A stretch of 64,000 nucleotides of DNA, taken from NCBI RefSeq assembly GCF_006345805.1, contig NC_042998.1, positions 113,584,001-113,648,000 of the forward strand, read 5' to 3'. Source of the DNA: Octopus sinensis. Lineage: Eukaryota. A program made the translations under genes and the position numbers. Positions 15,516-29,789 of the stretch are shown here, piece after piece. The notes beneath the pieces are model-generated. The model was given only the letters and a program-made list of their open reading frames with translations, was not told where the DNA came from and made no database searches. Every line of letters begins with the position of its first letter. The first letter of the stretch is position 1.

Positions 15516-16178
15516 ACCTATTTGGTAAAGTAGTTCTAAATGTGTTACCAGAAAAAAAAAGAAGAAGAGAAGGAGGGGATGACTGGAATGTAATTGAACA
15601 TACATACACTAATCCAGGACTAAACAACAGGGAAGGCAAATTAGAATATCAAGCTACCCACTTACAAATGATTTCTAATTTAGATTTCTTCTTAAAATTT
15701 TGGCACAAGGCCAACAATTTTAAGAGAAGGATGTTATTATATACCATCAATCCCAGTATTTTGTTGGTACTGTATTTTATCGAGCTCGAAAAGATGAAAG
15801 GAAAAGTTGATCTCGGTGGGATTTGAAAACAGAACGTAAAGAGCTGGAACAAAATACCGCATGTCATTTTGTCCAAAGCTCGTCAGCCTTCTCTTTCGGA
15901 GTCGAACCAATTTATTTGAGCAATTAAATGGTTAAATTATAATGAATGCTGGGTAATGACCGAAAGAGTACACTCTGACTACAACCGTAGTTGGGTTCCT
16001 TGAAGGATCTCTGGAGTAGACATATGTCTTGGGCATATGGGCATATTTTTTCCTTTTCAGTTCTAGCCCATTTCTTTCCAGGTTCGACCACAGTCGATTT
16101 CTTCCAGAGAGAAAGAGGGAGAGTGAGAGAGAGAGAGAGAGAAAGAAAGAAAGAAAGAGAGATAGATAGATAGAGAGG

Positions 16179-16220
<42 letters not shown>

Positions 16221-17046
16221 CACTCCTGTACATGAGTGGCATTTTATTTAACGGCCCCGAAAGGACGAAAGGCAAATTTGAGCTCGGCGGGATTTGAACC
16301 CAGATCATGAATATCCGGAACGATTACTGACTGCAAAGTAATGACACAATGCGCGTACTGATCTAGGAATTGTATCCACGAATTTATGAATGTGATCTCA
16401 ACACCTTAACCATAAAGCCATGCACCTTTACACAGACATACACACATACCCCCCCCCCACGCGAACACACACACACACACGCACACCTACATCCACAATA
16501 TACATGTATCTATACACGTATGTATGTATATTATTCGCCGATGTATATTAACGAAGGATATAATCGTTCAATGGAAAAACCGTTTTCTTTTTTACCAATA
16601 AAGTATCTAGAGACATTTGTTCTGCTTCGAGTTACAGACACTCCCTTGTCATCATTCGTCGTTAGAAAAGCTGTGATCCAGTGAGTACTCTGCTGAAAGA
16701 CTATAACGGACAATGCTACTGATCACGAATTGCGATATTTTATATAAGAATATATTAAAATATCTTGTTCGTGTACACAGGAGACAGTCCACAGCGGAAT
16801 ATTCTTGACTTACGACCCATATCTCATAGCTATAGAAGAGTTCGCCATCCTATTTAGATAACCAATTCTTCTCATAGAAAATAATCCAACGTTATAAAAA
16901 AAGATGCTGTCCGCCATAATATACTACGACATATAATTGTATTAGACGTTCGCTGTCATGTGTAGGGTATCTTTATTTTCTCTGTACAATTTTTTTTAGG
17001 AAAAGGACATTTATTATATTGGATATGTGTGTGTGTGTGTGTGTGT

Positions 17047-17091
<45 letters not shown>

Positions 17092-18254
17092 GGTTGAAGT
17101 GGCGATAAATGGCTCTTTCTTTAGGTTTAACAATGGTGAGGAATTTCATGAAGATTATTCTGTTTGGCTTTTTTTTTTTACTTGGCTTGAAGAAGGAGAA
17201 ATATTTACTCTCCATATACACGCGGAAATACATTCACATGGAAATTCCCATGCGTACAAATACTCCCACCATATACATGCATTCTTGCATATATACTCAT
17301 CCGATACGTGTAGACCTCCCCTCTGCACTATACATTATCAAACAGACGTACATCCTCGCTAACACATAAGCAACACATACATATATGCACTTATATACAA
17401 CTGTATCTACGGCTTTAATATACACGGAAGGTATTCTTTTGCATTCCCAAGATTACCCTTCAAATAGTTATCCTCACTTTTATAAACTCTTACTCTTTAT
17501 TCTTTCCAGTTAGATTTTTGGTAGTTTTGTTCTAAGGGAAACAAACCAGAGATTACTGAAGTGGGGTAGTAGAGAAAATACCATGGTCGGTAAACAGAGC
17601 GATCGATGACCGGTAACAACCATTTTAATCATTTTCAAGGCTGGTTGTTGGTAAGGATTAGAATGGTTATCTTTCTTGGAGATAGACCATACTGTGTTAC
17701 ATCTCTATAAGTTGGGAGAAATAACCGTAGAGAGAGAAAAAAATAAGGGCCTAGTGAGGATATGGTCAGATTTAGAAGCAATCATGTTAGTGATAGTATG
17801 GCTGGCGACCAAGGAATTCTATGCAGATTACTGGCAAATAAAGAAATCAAGCATCATTCATAATTGAGTAAATTTAATTCATAATTTCTAAATTTTAATA
17901 ATGTAACATGGAGTTGAAATCAGTAATGTTACAAGGAGTTCTGTTGAAGGTTATTTGTTTTTTTCGAGAAGAGCTAGTTATTTAAAAGGGTCAGCTTTGT
18001 CGACATTTTCGTAGTTTTGTTAGAGTGCAACGTTTTAATTTTATTAAAATAAACCGAGGATAAAATTCTATATTTTTTGAGAATGAAGGAAACCTATGTA
18101 CAATGGCTCTGATTCTATGTAATTTGATGTTATACAATATTATGTACAATGTAAAACAGATGTTAACAGACGGAAGTTTCTGAACTTATTAAAAGATAGA
18201 GATTTATAGTATTTAGTATTAAGTACCATGCTTTATATTGAAAATATATCAGAT

Positions 18255-18638
18255 CAAAGGTCCTCACCCATTTATTTTGCCTATGGACCCCTTTGGACAC
18301 TATTTTATTCTGGTGGATGCCCATAGTCATTCCATTTTTAAATACTAGTTTTATAGATACTTTCAAAATTCCTATGTTTTTTTTTGCTTTTCACACATTC
18401 ACTTGTGTTAGCTTGTAATTTGAGATAACATGCTTCAGTGGCTGGAAACATGTTGAACTATATAAAACATAGAGAAAGAACCCTTGGTGTTTCTTGCAAT
18501 TAATACATCTAAAGCAAAGTTTTTTCATGAACCCTTAAAATACTACTGTGGATCCCAGTTTACTAGTTTGTTTGCATGAAACCCTCAAATCTTATATGGA
18601 CTCGCTGGGGTCTCATGGACCCCAGATGAGAATTACCG
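18255..18638. mobile_element. Decayed hAT/Charlie-like MITE
   Basis: Termini CAAAGGTCCTCACCC and AGATGAGAATTACCG, with repeated subterminal ATGGACCCC motifs. Confidence 0.45.
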
Positions 18639-19129
18639 TATTAAAAGAATAACTACATATCCCGTTTAGAACAGTAGTGTTAGTCTAATCCCCAAGTCAT
18701 CCATCATCCAGTAGACTTATAATCAAAAACATTTAAGTAACGACCTTCATGTCTTTCATGTATATTTAAAACTATATTCTCTACTGTGCCTTTCTTTTAA
18801 CACTGTGTAGTGTGTGATTTGAGAGAAATTTGACTGCTATTTCTAGCTGATCTATTGATTGAGTACAAACTTATTCCTTGATGCATGATATTGTGTTGCG
18901 TATCCGCATGTCAGTGTAACCCATGCTGCAAATGCATGAAGATTTTAAACATGTATACTTCAACCTGTGTAGCTTTCATCTTTCTTGCCTGCGAGATTTT
19001 GGCAAGTCTCATATAGATATGTGTATCTTACATAAGGAAATTGATTGGAAAAATAGAGGAACTAACACACGACTCATAAGCGTTGCGCACTCTCGCACAT
19101 ACATACTGTACAGTGTTTATAGTTATGGA

Positions 19130-19321
<192 letters not shown>

Positions 19322-19683
19322 GATCAATCTACCTATCTATATCTGTGCCTGTGTGTGCTTATGTATGTATACGTATATATCTATGTATAGAAACATATAA
19401 GAAAAAATTTAAGATATAGAAAACAAATTATAGTATATTACATAATATATATTGAATATGACACAAAATATATGTTAATCAATGCACAAATACAGATACA
19501 TAAAAATACACACACACGCACATACACATATGTATACATATAATCGTATATATATAATCTATAAATCCGTATATATATATGTACATGTACAAAGACATGA
19601 ATGTGTGAATATATATATATATAATGTATAATATAAACTTATATTATATACATACACGCATACATATACACACATACACACAA

Positions 19684-19721
<38 letters not shown>

Positions 19722-19854
19722 TATATAATATAAACTTACGAGCATGTCTTCCTTTTAGTGGATATATTTAGCCCCACACGTTTTCAAGTAAATCCATTTT
19801 TTGAGTCGTTACTGTGGTAAATCACATACTTTTCTCTCTGTGAATGGACAAAGA

Positions 19855-19902
19855 GATCGATCTGACTAGTTTCGGCATTTATTACAACTTCATCAGAGAA
19901 CA
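19855..19902 (-). ncRNA. Minimal type-I hammerhead ribozyme motif (weak stem II)
   Basis: Minus strand reads TCT-CTGATGA-AG..C-GAAAC-TA-GTC-AGA, with palindromic stem III ACTAGT. Confidence 0.6.
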
Positions 19903-20369
19903 AACAGTTCCTCACCTTCCTCACTATAGAGATAACAGTAGCTTATACCTATTTAAAGTTTAGGATAATTCGGATTAAACTAAATTTGACTGACCTAATT
20001 TGCTTAAAGGAGCAATATTATAAAATTTTCGTTTTACAAAATGCCTATTTTATATCAACTATAAATTTTCATTCCAGAATATTATCAGAAATATTAATAA
20101 TTACATTTATAATAGACATATTGTTAAGGGAAAATATATAATTGAATAAAATCCCAAGTGATATGTTAAAATGAAAGCATGACTACATATCAACGAAAAT
20201 AGTTTATTAAATGTTAAATGGAATATTTTATTATACATTGTATAAATCGTTTGTTGCTTATTTCTGTATGTGAAATAATTTTCTGCAATAGGCATAAGAC
20301 CTGAAATTTTTGGGAAAGGAGAGAGTCGATTATATCCACCTCAATGCACAACTGGTGCTTATTTTGGCT

Positions 20370-20692
20370 TGGCTCTCCGTCGATTACGAAAACGAGTGTT
20401 CCACTAAATTCGATCAACGGAATAGCGTGCTCATGAAATTCACATAAAAATGGTTAAGCACTCCACAGACACGTGTACTATTATCATACTTCAAGAGAGG
20501 TTCAGCATTACACAGTGTGCGTCAAGGCTGGTTCTTTTGAATAACAGATAAAATACATTTTTGCCAGCTGAGTGAACTGAAGCAATGTGAAATAAAGTAT
20601 CTTGCTCAAGTACACAACGCACCGACGGGAATCGAACTCATGACCTTACGATCATGAGCCGAATACGCAAACCACTAAGCCAGGCGTCTTCA
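20370..20692 (-). mobile_element. tRNA-derived SINE family C
   Basis: Minus strand has A box TGGCTTAGTGG, B box GAGTTCGATTCCC and core CTTGAGCAAGATACTT..CTCAGCTG. Confidence 0.75.
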
Positions 20693-20869
20693 CTTATTCT
20701 GTCAAGCTTCCCTAAAAAGTATGGAAGGTTAAGTAGACCTGAGCGTAGGTTGAACTCAGAGCGTAAACCAGGAAGAAATGCCACTACGTAATATGTTCGG
20801 CATGTTAACGTTTCTGGCAGCTTGCTGCTTTTTATTTGCCAGATAATTATATATTTATAACATCTAGTA

Positions 20870-21695
20870 TTGGGTCATCCCATAAATAATGCGGTTTTAA
20901 AAATACTTTTATTTGTCAAAATTAAGAGAAACAATGTTCCTTTTTAATCTAAAATATACTCTCCTTCATTTTCTACAATGCCCTTCGATCTATCTGGCAG
21001 ACTTGCAAGACCCCTCTTCCAAAATTCACTTGCCTGTGACGAAAACTCCTCCTCCACTACTGGTCTGACCTCGTCTACAGAATTCATATTTTTTCCGTTC
21101 AAATGATTTTGAAAACTTCGGAATAAATAATAATCAGAAGGGGCAATGTCAGGCGAATGTGGTGGGTGGGGCATCGTTTCCCATTCAAACTGCTCCAGGC
21201 TTTGGAATGTCATCCTCGCTCTATGTAGCCGAGCATTAGCTTGATGGAAGAACACCTTTCGTCTTCAAACCAAACATGGTCGTTTTTCTTCTAGCGCTAA
21301 CTGAATGAAGTGTCGAATAACCAAATCTAACCTTTTCTGTTAGTTCCTCAACAGTTAGAAAGAAATTTTGTTCCACCAGGGTTTGCAGGACGTCCTCGTC
21401 TAGCTCTACAGATCTTCCAGAACGAGGCTCGCCTTCTAGGCTGTAGTTTGTTGCCTTTATTTAACTCATAAAGCAAAATATGTCGAATATACTCCTTTGT
21501 CACTTCCATTATAGCTTTGATAAAATAACTGTTAAAATCGAACTGCACTCTTCAAAACTTGCACTAAGAAAAGGACAAGGTGAAATTACTACTTGCTTTT
21601 ATAGCAAGTTGATGCAGGTAGGTTATCCCGTCCCTTTCCGACTTTCAGTTCATGCAATTGAAAAAAAACCCCGCATTATTCACGGGATGACCCAA
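20870..21695 (-). mobile_element. Internally deleted mariner transposon
   Basis: TIRs TTGGGTCATCCCATAAATAATGCGG / CCGCATTATTCACGGGATGACCCAA with TA on both sides. Transposase N-terminus MEVTKEYIRHILLYE; C-terminus with HQANARLH and HPPHSPDIAPSDYYLF (YSPDLAP motif). Confidence 0.92.
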
Positions 21696-22610
21696 TATAT
21701 TTCATTTTCGCATAAAATGATAACACTTGGGTGTATACCGGAAACATTTGTGAGTTACTCTAAGGTAACAACAATCTTATCCGGATTACGAAACTTATTG
21801 GTAAATTTTCGAACAGAATTGTAGTGAATATCTGCTATTTATTGCTAGTGATAATAATATATATTGTATTTCATTTAACTGTTATAAATATTGAATAAAG
21901 TTCTGCATATTCTATACATACGCAAACACACACGCACCCACACATATACACACATATATAGATCTATAATGTATATATGCATACACGCTCACCCACACAC
22001 ATATACATACATACATACATACATACATACATACATACATACGCACACACGTACACACATGCGTGCACACACACACTCATACACATATACATAATGCCTG
22101 TCCACTGGCGACCGAGGAAGACCATCAGTGACTATTACCCATGCAATACCTGTGCATGAGATTATTACATCCGTAGTCGGCTTTATTCGGGTTCGGAGCC
22201 GCGGCTTCCATGCTCGCAGAGGCGACTTCCTTCTCGATTGTACATCGGAGAGACGTCTCGCCGGCGATCTCGAGACCTAGACTTTTAGGTCCAATAAAGC
22301 TTGCGCCACACTTCATACACTCTCTACACCCTATTGAGATGAACCAGAGACAAGTAAGGGCAAGATATTCAGTGCCTATACGGGTAGCAGTCTCAGGAGT
22401 GTGGGAACGTTATGATCTCATGCACAAACAAAAGATCCACAAAATGTCTAATGCTATTCCGTGCATATTTGGTTTTGCATCAGAATGACTTTCTCCAAGA
22501 GATATGCTTTAACGAAAGGTAAGGGGTGCATACACACACGCACAAACACATACACACATTCAAACATACATACATACATACATACATACATACATACATA
22601 CATACATACA

Positions 22611-23870
22611 TACATACTATACATACATACATACATACCAAAACGTAACCACATGTGAATCGTTGGCGATTTTCTTCCTCCGTCTTCCTTTTCTATAGGA
22701 CTTTCCTCTGTTTCTGAAGAAGAACTCTTCTCGAAACGTTAAATCATCTTTCTTCCCTTCCCTGAGCGTCTGCTAATACTTTAAATGTACCACGTCCTCG
22801 CGTTGTTATTTCTTTTGTGCTTGTTCTTCATTTTTTTTATTTACTACTCATATACATACATACACATGAACACACACACACACACATCAAAACGGGAGGC
22901 TGGAAAAATTTATTGGCATCATTTATTCCCTATTACACACGTTTCATTTGCTAACAGGTATTACAAAACTGTACATGTAGAATAAACATGTAAGAAATTT
23001 CTGGTAAGAAATTTTGCAGATAAAAATTGAAATAATACAAAATTTAAATGTGGATGAAGCGTTTACATACAGTTAATAATCAAAAGTCTTATAGATTGTT
23101 GGAAGACAAAATAAAAAGTGCAAGTCTAGTTGTACAGAAATGAGAGTGTTAGAGATTGGAGTAATTTATATATATATATATCAATGTACATACATACATA
23201 CATACATACATACATACATACATACATACATACATACAACATACATACTATACATACATACATACATACCAAAACGTAACCACATGTGAATCGTTGGCGA
23301 TTTTCTTCCTCCGTCTTCCTTTTCTATAGGACTTTCCTCTGTTTCTGAAGAAGAACTCTTCTCGAAACGTTAAATCATCTTTCTTCCCTTCCCTGAGCGT
23401 CTGCTAATACTTTAAATGTACCACGTCCTCGCGTTGTTATTTCTTTTGTGCTTGTTCTTCATTTTTTTTATTTACTACTCATATACATACATACACATGA
23501 ACACACACACACACACACACACATCAAAACGGGAGGCTGGAAAAATTTATTGGCATCATTTATTCCCTATTACACACGTTTCATTTGCTAACAGGTATTA
23601 CAAAACTGTACATGTAGAATAAACATGTAAGAAATTTCTGGTAAGAAATTTTGCAGATAAAAATTGAAATAATACAAAATTTAAATGTGGATGAAGCGTT
23701 TACATACAGTTAATAATCAAAAGTCTTATAGATTGTTGGAAGACAAAATAAAAAGTGCAAGTCTAGTTGTACAGAAATGAGAGTGTTAGAGATTGGAGTA
23801 ATTTATATATATATATATATCAATGTACATACATACATACATACATACATACATACATACATACATACAT
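22611..23870. repeat. Near-identical 631-bp tandem duplication bounded by (TACA)n
   Basis: AAAACGTAACC occurs at 22640 and 23271; the two units differ essentially only in microsatellite lengths. Confidence 0.92.
22710..22744 (+). ncRNA. Minimal hammerhead motif in a ~190-bp pLTR-like repeat (duplicate at 23341-23375)
   Basis: GTTT-CTGAAGA-AGAA-CTC-TTCT-C-GAAAC-GTT-AAAT. Confidence 0.6.
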
Positions 23871-23934
23871 ACATACACCACCTCATATACACAGACACAC
23901 CCACACAAAATACACATACAAACACACACGCATT

Positions 23935-24189
23935 TTTTATTTGCTTCAGTCTTTTGACTTCGGCTATGCTGGAGCACGACCTTTAGTCGAACAAATTGAC
24001 TCCAGGATTTATTCTTTGAAGCCTAGCACTTATTCTATTGGTCTCTTTTGCTGAACCGCTAAGTTACAGAGTTTATAAACACAACAGCATCGGTTGTCAA
24101 GCGATGGTGGGGTGACAAACACAGACAACCAAATACAAACATACATACATACATACATACATACATACAAATACATACACACATATATA

Positions 24190-24235
<46 letters not shown>

Positions 24236-24360
24236 TATATATATATTATATATATATATATACACGACGGGATTCTTTCAGTTTCCGTCTACCTTATCCA
24301 TTCACAAGGATTTGGTCGATCCGAAGCTATAGTAGAAGATACTTGCTTAAGGTGCCATGC
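23935..24360 (-). mobile_element. SINE family B
   Basis: Reverse complement of the 290-702 body and tail, with an internal (TACA)/(TA) array. Confidence 0.8.
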
Positions 24361-24614
24361 GCACACACACACATACACATATACACACGCACACATACAC
24401 ACACGTTCAGAGGCACACGTGCGCGCGTATACACATATACCTATAATGAGCATATATACAAAATCATACGCATAATTAAACTCGAATGGACATAGACATA
24501 TTTATGAGTGTACATACTCACACATATATAAATTAAAATAGAAAATAAAACGGCTAAACATTCGGCATCACTCGAAAAATAAAATGCATTTAGAGAATAT
24601 AAACATATATACAA

Positions 24615-24651
<37 letters not shown>

Positions 24652-24798
24652 CGCACGTACATACATGCGCACATACACATTTACACACAAACACATCATG
24701 TCATGCTTTGACAGATACAAGCTTTAGTTACAAATTATTACAATGATACTTATTTATCAGAAGCAACAATTAAAATAAAGTATATATACAATGATACA

Positions 24799-25029
24799 GG
24801 CGGCGAGCTGGCAGAAACGTTAGCACGCCGGGCGAAGTGCTTCGCGGTATTTCGCCCGTCGCTACGTTCTGAGTTCAAATTCCGCCGAGGTCGACTTTGC
24901 CTTTCATCCTTTCGGGGTCGATAAATTAAGTACCAGTAACGCACTGGGGTCGATGTAATCGACTTAATCCGTGTGTCTGTCCTTGTTTGTCTCCACTATG
25001 TTTAGCCCCTTGTGGGTAGTAAATAAACG
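24799..25029 (+). mobile_element. Young full-length SINE family A with 16-bp TSD
   Basis: Head GGCGGCGAGCTGGCAGAA, B box GAGTTCAAATTCC, Nin-like core; TSD TATATACAATGATACA at 24783-24798 and 25030-25045. Confidence 0.92.
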
Positions 25030-26591
25030 TATATACAATGATACATACATTTTAAATTTACATATATGCATAAAAAACAAAAAAAAACAAAACAAAAACA
25101 AAACATATATGTCTATAAAAAATTAAATAGAGCAATTTTTGTAGGGAAATACGGAGAGATATACGCAGCTTCAATGTTTTATTGGGGCTTCCGTTACCAA
25201 TGTTAAGAAGATGATATGCGAAGTTGACTCCAACTGGGTTCGAAATCAGAATCGAAAGGGACCTAAGAAAATATTGCCTGGCATATTATCCATAATTCTA
25301 TCATTCCACCACGCTAAACTAGTAACAAAGTATTTCTTTCTTTATTCTATACTAATGAATATTTCCTCTTTTGTTCCTTATTAATTAATACAATTGTTAA
25401 TCTGGAAAAATAAAACAAACAAAAACAATATACCCCATCGTGAAAAATAAAAGAAAATGTTTTAGATTGAGGCGTATTGTTATTGATTTTAGTATTACCA
25501 AATGGAATAATTAAGTAACAGCCTTCGGATGATCAGATTAGAAAGGTGGGGGTGTTTAGGGTCTCAGAATACAGCAAACCAATGGCACTTTGGAGTATCC
25601 ATGAAACCAATCTCAACTGGACTGTGGCACGTTAGCATTGGTCAACGTTTCTTCTCAGTCGTTGTCGCGATATATCTCATGATCTAAAACGAAGTGGGCA
25701 GTCATACTAAATGTCTTAAAGTAAAGTGTTATAAGTTAATTTTGAATGGCTTTAGGGTTGTGTCTTCAAAGAGATTGTACATAGTTATGAAATATCGACT
25801 GGTATAGTTCTTTGATATGTTGTGTCTTCCCGGCAGCTTGATTTTATACTAGAGCTGCGCTGCACTTAACCTTTTCTTGCATAAACACTTCATTTGGCTA
25901 TTGGCTAGAAAAGCTGCAGTATCAACCAGATGGTAGATAGACATATACAGAACGGGATTAATGCGCGGCTAGATATCACGCTACACATATACACATACTG
26001 CACATGCACACACGCAGTTGCGCGCATACATCCGCTCACACACATGCATACATGCAGTTAAAGCCAGATAGATTGTTAGATAGATATAAGGGTTATTCTA
26101 TTGAAAACTAGAATAGAACACAAGCAACATAGAAACAGTAGCGAGTGAAAAAGAGAAGGAAAGTAAACAGCAGAAAGAAAGGTGGGGGGCACTTTACTCT
26201 GTGTATGTATGTATGTATGTATGTATGTATGTATGTATGAATGAATGAATTATGTATGGGAGCGTATAAATTTATGTGTGCATGTATGAGTTAATGTATA
26301 ACGGTGTACGTGGTGTGTTTGTCTGTTTATAAACAAAGATAGATATAACTTCCAATGCACACATCCATGTATATTTTATATAAGGCAATTCTCTGAGTTT
26401 CAGAGAAATATTGATTACAAAAGATCAGAAAACGCACACACACACACGCACACACACACACACACACACCACACACACACACACACGCACACACACATAC
26501 ACACACACACCTGCACATACACACACACATGCACACACAAGTACATGTAAATAGTTACACAAACGGTAGATAAATAAACAGGTTCCTCCTG

Positions 26592-26649
<58 letters not shown>

Positions 26650-26688
26650 GATCGATCTATCTATCCATCCATCCATCCATCATCCATC

Positions 26689-26759
<71 letters not shown>

Positions 26760-26786
26760 CATCCTCCATCCATCCATCCATCCATC

Positions 26787-26843
<57 letters not shown>

Positions 26844-26959
26844 CTATCTATCTATCTATCTATCCTCATGTCAGTATAATCATATTAATATTCATTCTGC
26901 CAAGGGTACTTTGCGTTTAAATGTTTGTATCCATATTCTATTTTATAATAATAATAATA

Positions 26960-26999
<40 letters not shown>

Positions 27000-27000
27000 T

Positions 27001-27207
27001 ATGAGCTGCAGAACTTAGATACAAGGACCAGAAAAAACTGCTAACAATGCACAACGCACTCCATCATAAAAGTAATACTGAGCGACTCTATCTGTCAAAA
27101 AAGGCAAATTGGTAGAGGATTACTAAACGCTGAAGACACTGTTGGTGCTGCAATACTGAGACTAAAAAATTATGTTCTGCAGAGTAAAGAAAGAATACTG
27201 TCAGCAG
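27001..27207 (+). mobile_element. R4/Dong RT fragment after (TAA)n
   Basis: ELQNLDTRTRK/LLTMHNALHHKSNTERLYLSKK..GRGLLNAED, preceded by (TAA)n at about 26945-26999. Confidence 0.8.
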
Positions 27208-28451
27208 GTATCTTCGTATGTTTACGATATTTTGTTCGTGAAAAAGGACTAAAATTCCGAAACATCAAGGCATTCAATCTTTCTTTTAAGTGTAAATACC
27301 TTATTTCCGTATTTCGTTAATTCCAGATTGTTCTTTCTATATTGATTTCAACTGCTTTTCTTAAACCTTATGCACGTATACACTTAAACGTTACTTCGTG
27401 TTCTTGATCATGTGGTCAACTTCGTTGGCGTCGTCGTCGTTCTTCTTCTTCTTCTTCTTCTTCTTCTTCTTCTTCTTCTTCTTCTTCTCTTCTTCTTCTG
27501 TTTCGTGGCTTAGGGAGAAGGAAAATGGCAGATCCATGCGTCTTCTGTGGAGCCTCTAAGATTGTTAGCAGCGAACTGGGTTTAAGAAAAAGGGGTTATG
27601 ATATATTGCATGCAGCGGTCGAAAACAGTGAAGTGAATCAGGATATCAAAATATCCTCAGTGTGAAGAGCTGATTCAAATACTTGCTACAGATTGGATTC
27701 TGCTAAAAGTACCCATAAAATTCTGATGGTGGTGTTAAACGACGGACAGGGTGAGATCAGAAATACGCAGAAGAGGATAATTGCAATGTATAACCACATG
27801 CTATCTAGATTAGCATGTTAATTAAAGGTATGAATCCTAAAGATAAAAACATAGATATTGAGAATCCTTGGAACAGTTTTCTGATAAAGATAGGGTTTTT
27901 TTTGCAATCCCTTTCTGTTTGGATCTATAAAAATTGGTACGTTTGAGGCAGCTACTTGTTTTTAGTTTTACCTTAGTAATGGCTTCAAATTTTGGCACAG
28001 AGCCGGCAGTGTTTGAGGGGAGTACTTAACTGGTACTTATTTATTGACCCCGAAAAAATGAAAGGCAAAGTCGGAGTTTGAGACGGACGAAGTACCGCTA
28101 AGCATTGTCTATTCTGCAAGTTCGCTGCCTTTAGTGTTATCTTATTAATGGTTTCAAATTTTGGTACAAAGCCAGCAAGTTTGGGTAAGGGAATAAGTGG
28201 ATTACATCAACCCCAGTACTTAACTGCTACTTATTTTATCGACTCCGAAAGAATGAAGAGCAACGTCAGCCTCGGCGGAATTTAAATTCAGAATGTAAAG
28301 GAGGTCGACCTGCCGCTAAGTATTTGTCCACCATGCTCACGATTCTGCCAGCTTACCACCTTTAGTGTTACTTTTTTAGTGGCGAAGGTTTATGGAATTT
28401 ACGAGTAAGGAACACTGTTAAAAGACTGCTCTGATTTTTTCTACTTAGTCT

Positions 28452-29300
28452 TCATACGTACCGTGTAATTGGTGTAGATAATTGTAGCCAAGTCATTGCC
28501 ATGTACCGTGCTTGGTAAATATTTATACCACTTTTTACCAGTTTCCACATCGAAGCGTTGGCATATTGGCCACTGAAACAGATGGGCATTAGTCCCATGC
28601 ATCTAAAAATAGATCTTTCTGTTTCTGCTTTTAGTCCCAGGTTCCGAGCCGAATTTTCTTCCTTTCTGTCGTATTTTGTGAAATATTGATCAAGGAAGGA
28701 TTCCAAATACGTTTCATGGTTCGCTACCTCAATAGCTCCTTTATAGGATTCAGTGGCTACGGATATCATGAGGAGGAACCACGTCTGATGTCAGGCCCTA
28801 CTCCTCTACCGTTTTCGACGTGCCTCTCCCCACACTTCCGGAGGTGTCTTCACCTCTGGTGCTGAGTACGGTTTTTCTTTTTTCTTTGGCATTTTGTTCT
28901 TTGGTTTCTTCGATACAGCGTCAACGAATGTCAGCGGGCGAATGACCACCAGGCTAAATTTCCCTTTAAATACTCGCCGATGGCCTCCAGCAGCCAGCGA
29001 TAGCTCACTGTCACACGACACAATTTAAGCTTCAACTGACTAATGGAGGGGAAGGGTGCATAGTTTTGGCCCGTGCCCTCTCTAGACCTACCTTCCAACA
29101 GAGTCATCTTAGTTTCAGCTCCAGCAGCCAGAGCCGACTAGCTGTCTTGTGGTACAAGCCTTCGAACTATCGGGGAGGAGGGTGCACAATGAACGAGGTG
29201 GATTCCCTCGGCCCAGCTGTCAAGCAGCAACGTTGTTTAAGCACCAGACAGCCTTTAGAGACGTTATTTCCCAGTCAGCATGTTATGGCTTTCGAGCCAT
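28452..29300 (-). mobile_element. Probable 5' UTR and broken ORF1 of a non-LTR retrotransposon
   Basis: GC-richer block with a Lys-rich start MPKKKEKPYSAPEVKTPPEVWGEARRKR and a second frame at 28452-28769. No diagnostic catalytic motif is present. Confidence 0.35.
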
Positions 29301-29329
29301 TTTGGGTCTCATTACTACAAAATACCTTG

Positions 29330-29725
29330 CAGCATTTAGTTACGCCTCTTTACGTTTCGAGTTGAAATCCTTCTCATCTCAATTTTGCTTTCCATTTTCT
29401 CAAAGTCGGTAAAATAAAGTACCACTAAAACGATTGTTATAATTGACTAACCCCTCCCTCTAAATATTTGGCCTCATATAATTTTTATTATTGTTACTCT
29501 AAATAAGGTGGCAAGTTGGCAGAATCGTTAGCATACCGGACAAAATGCTTAGCAGCATATCGTCTTATCGTCTGTCTTTATATTCTGTTCAAATACTACT
29601 GAGGTCGACTTTGCCTTTCGTTCTTTGGAGGTTGATAAAATAAGTACCAGGTGAGCACTGGAATCGAAATAAGTACCAGGTGAGCACTGGAATCGAAAAT
29701 GCTGGCTTTGTGCCAAACTTTGAAA
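29330..29725 (+). mobile_element. Two SINE family A copies; internal ~29-bp tandem duplication near 29640
   Basis: Family A cores; AAATAAGTACCAGGTGAGCACTGGAATCG occurs twice. Confidence 0.7.
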
Positions 29726-29789
29726 CCATTATTATTACTCTAAATGAGTATTGTTATTACATTTTTGTTCTCTCCATTTTTACTTTGGG

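Noticed and set aside
17430-18010. Possible minus-strand LINE endonuclease relic (ITDFN, SDH-like words); similar hint at 27560-27950
   Set aside because: Too decayed to assign by eye.
25577-25645. AATGGCAC seed resembling miR-183/263 within a loose stem
   Set aside because: The sequence diverges from the family after the seed, and the arms pair only at their ends.
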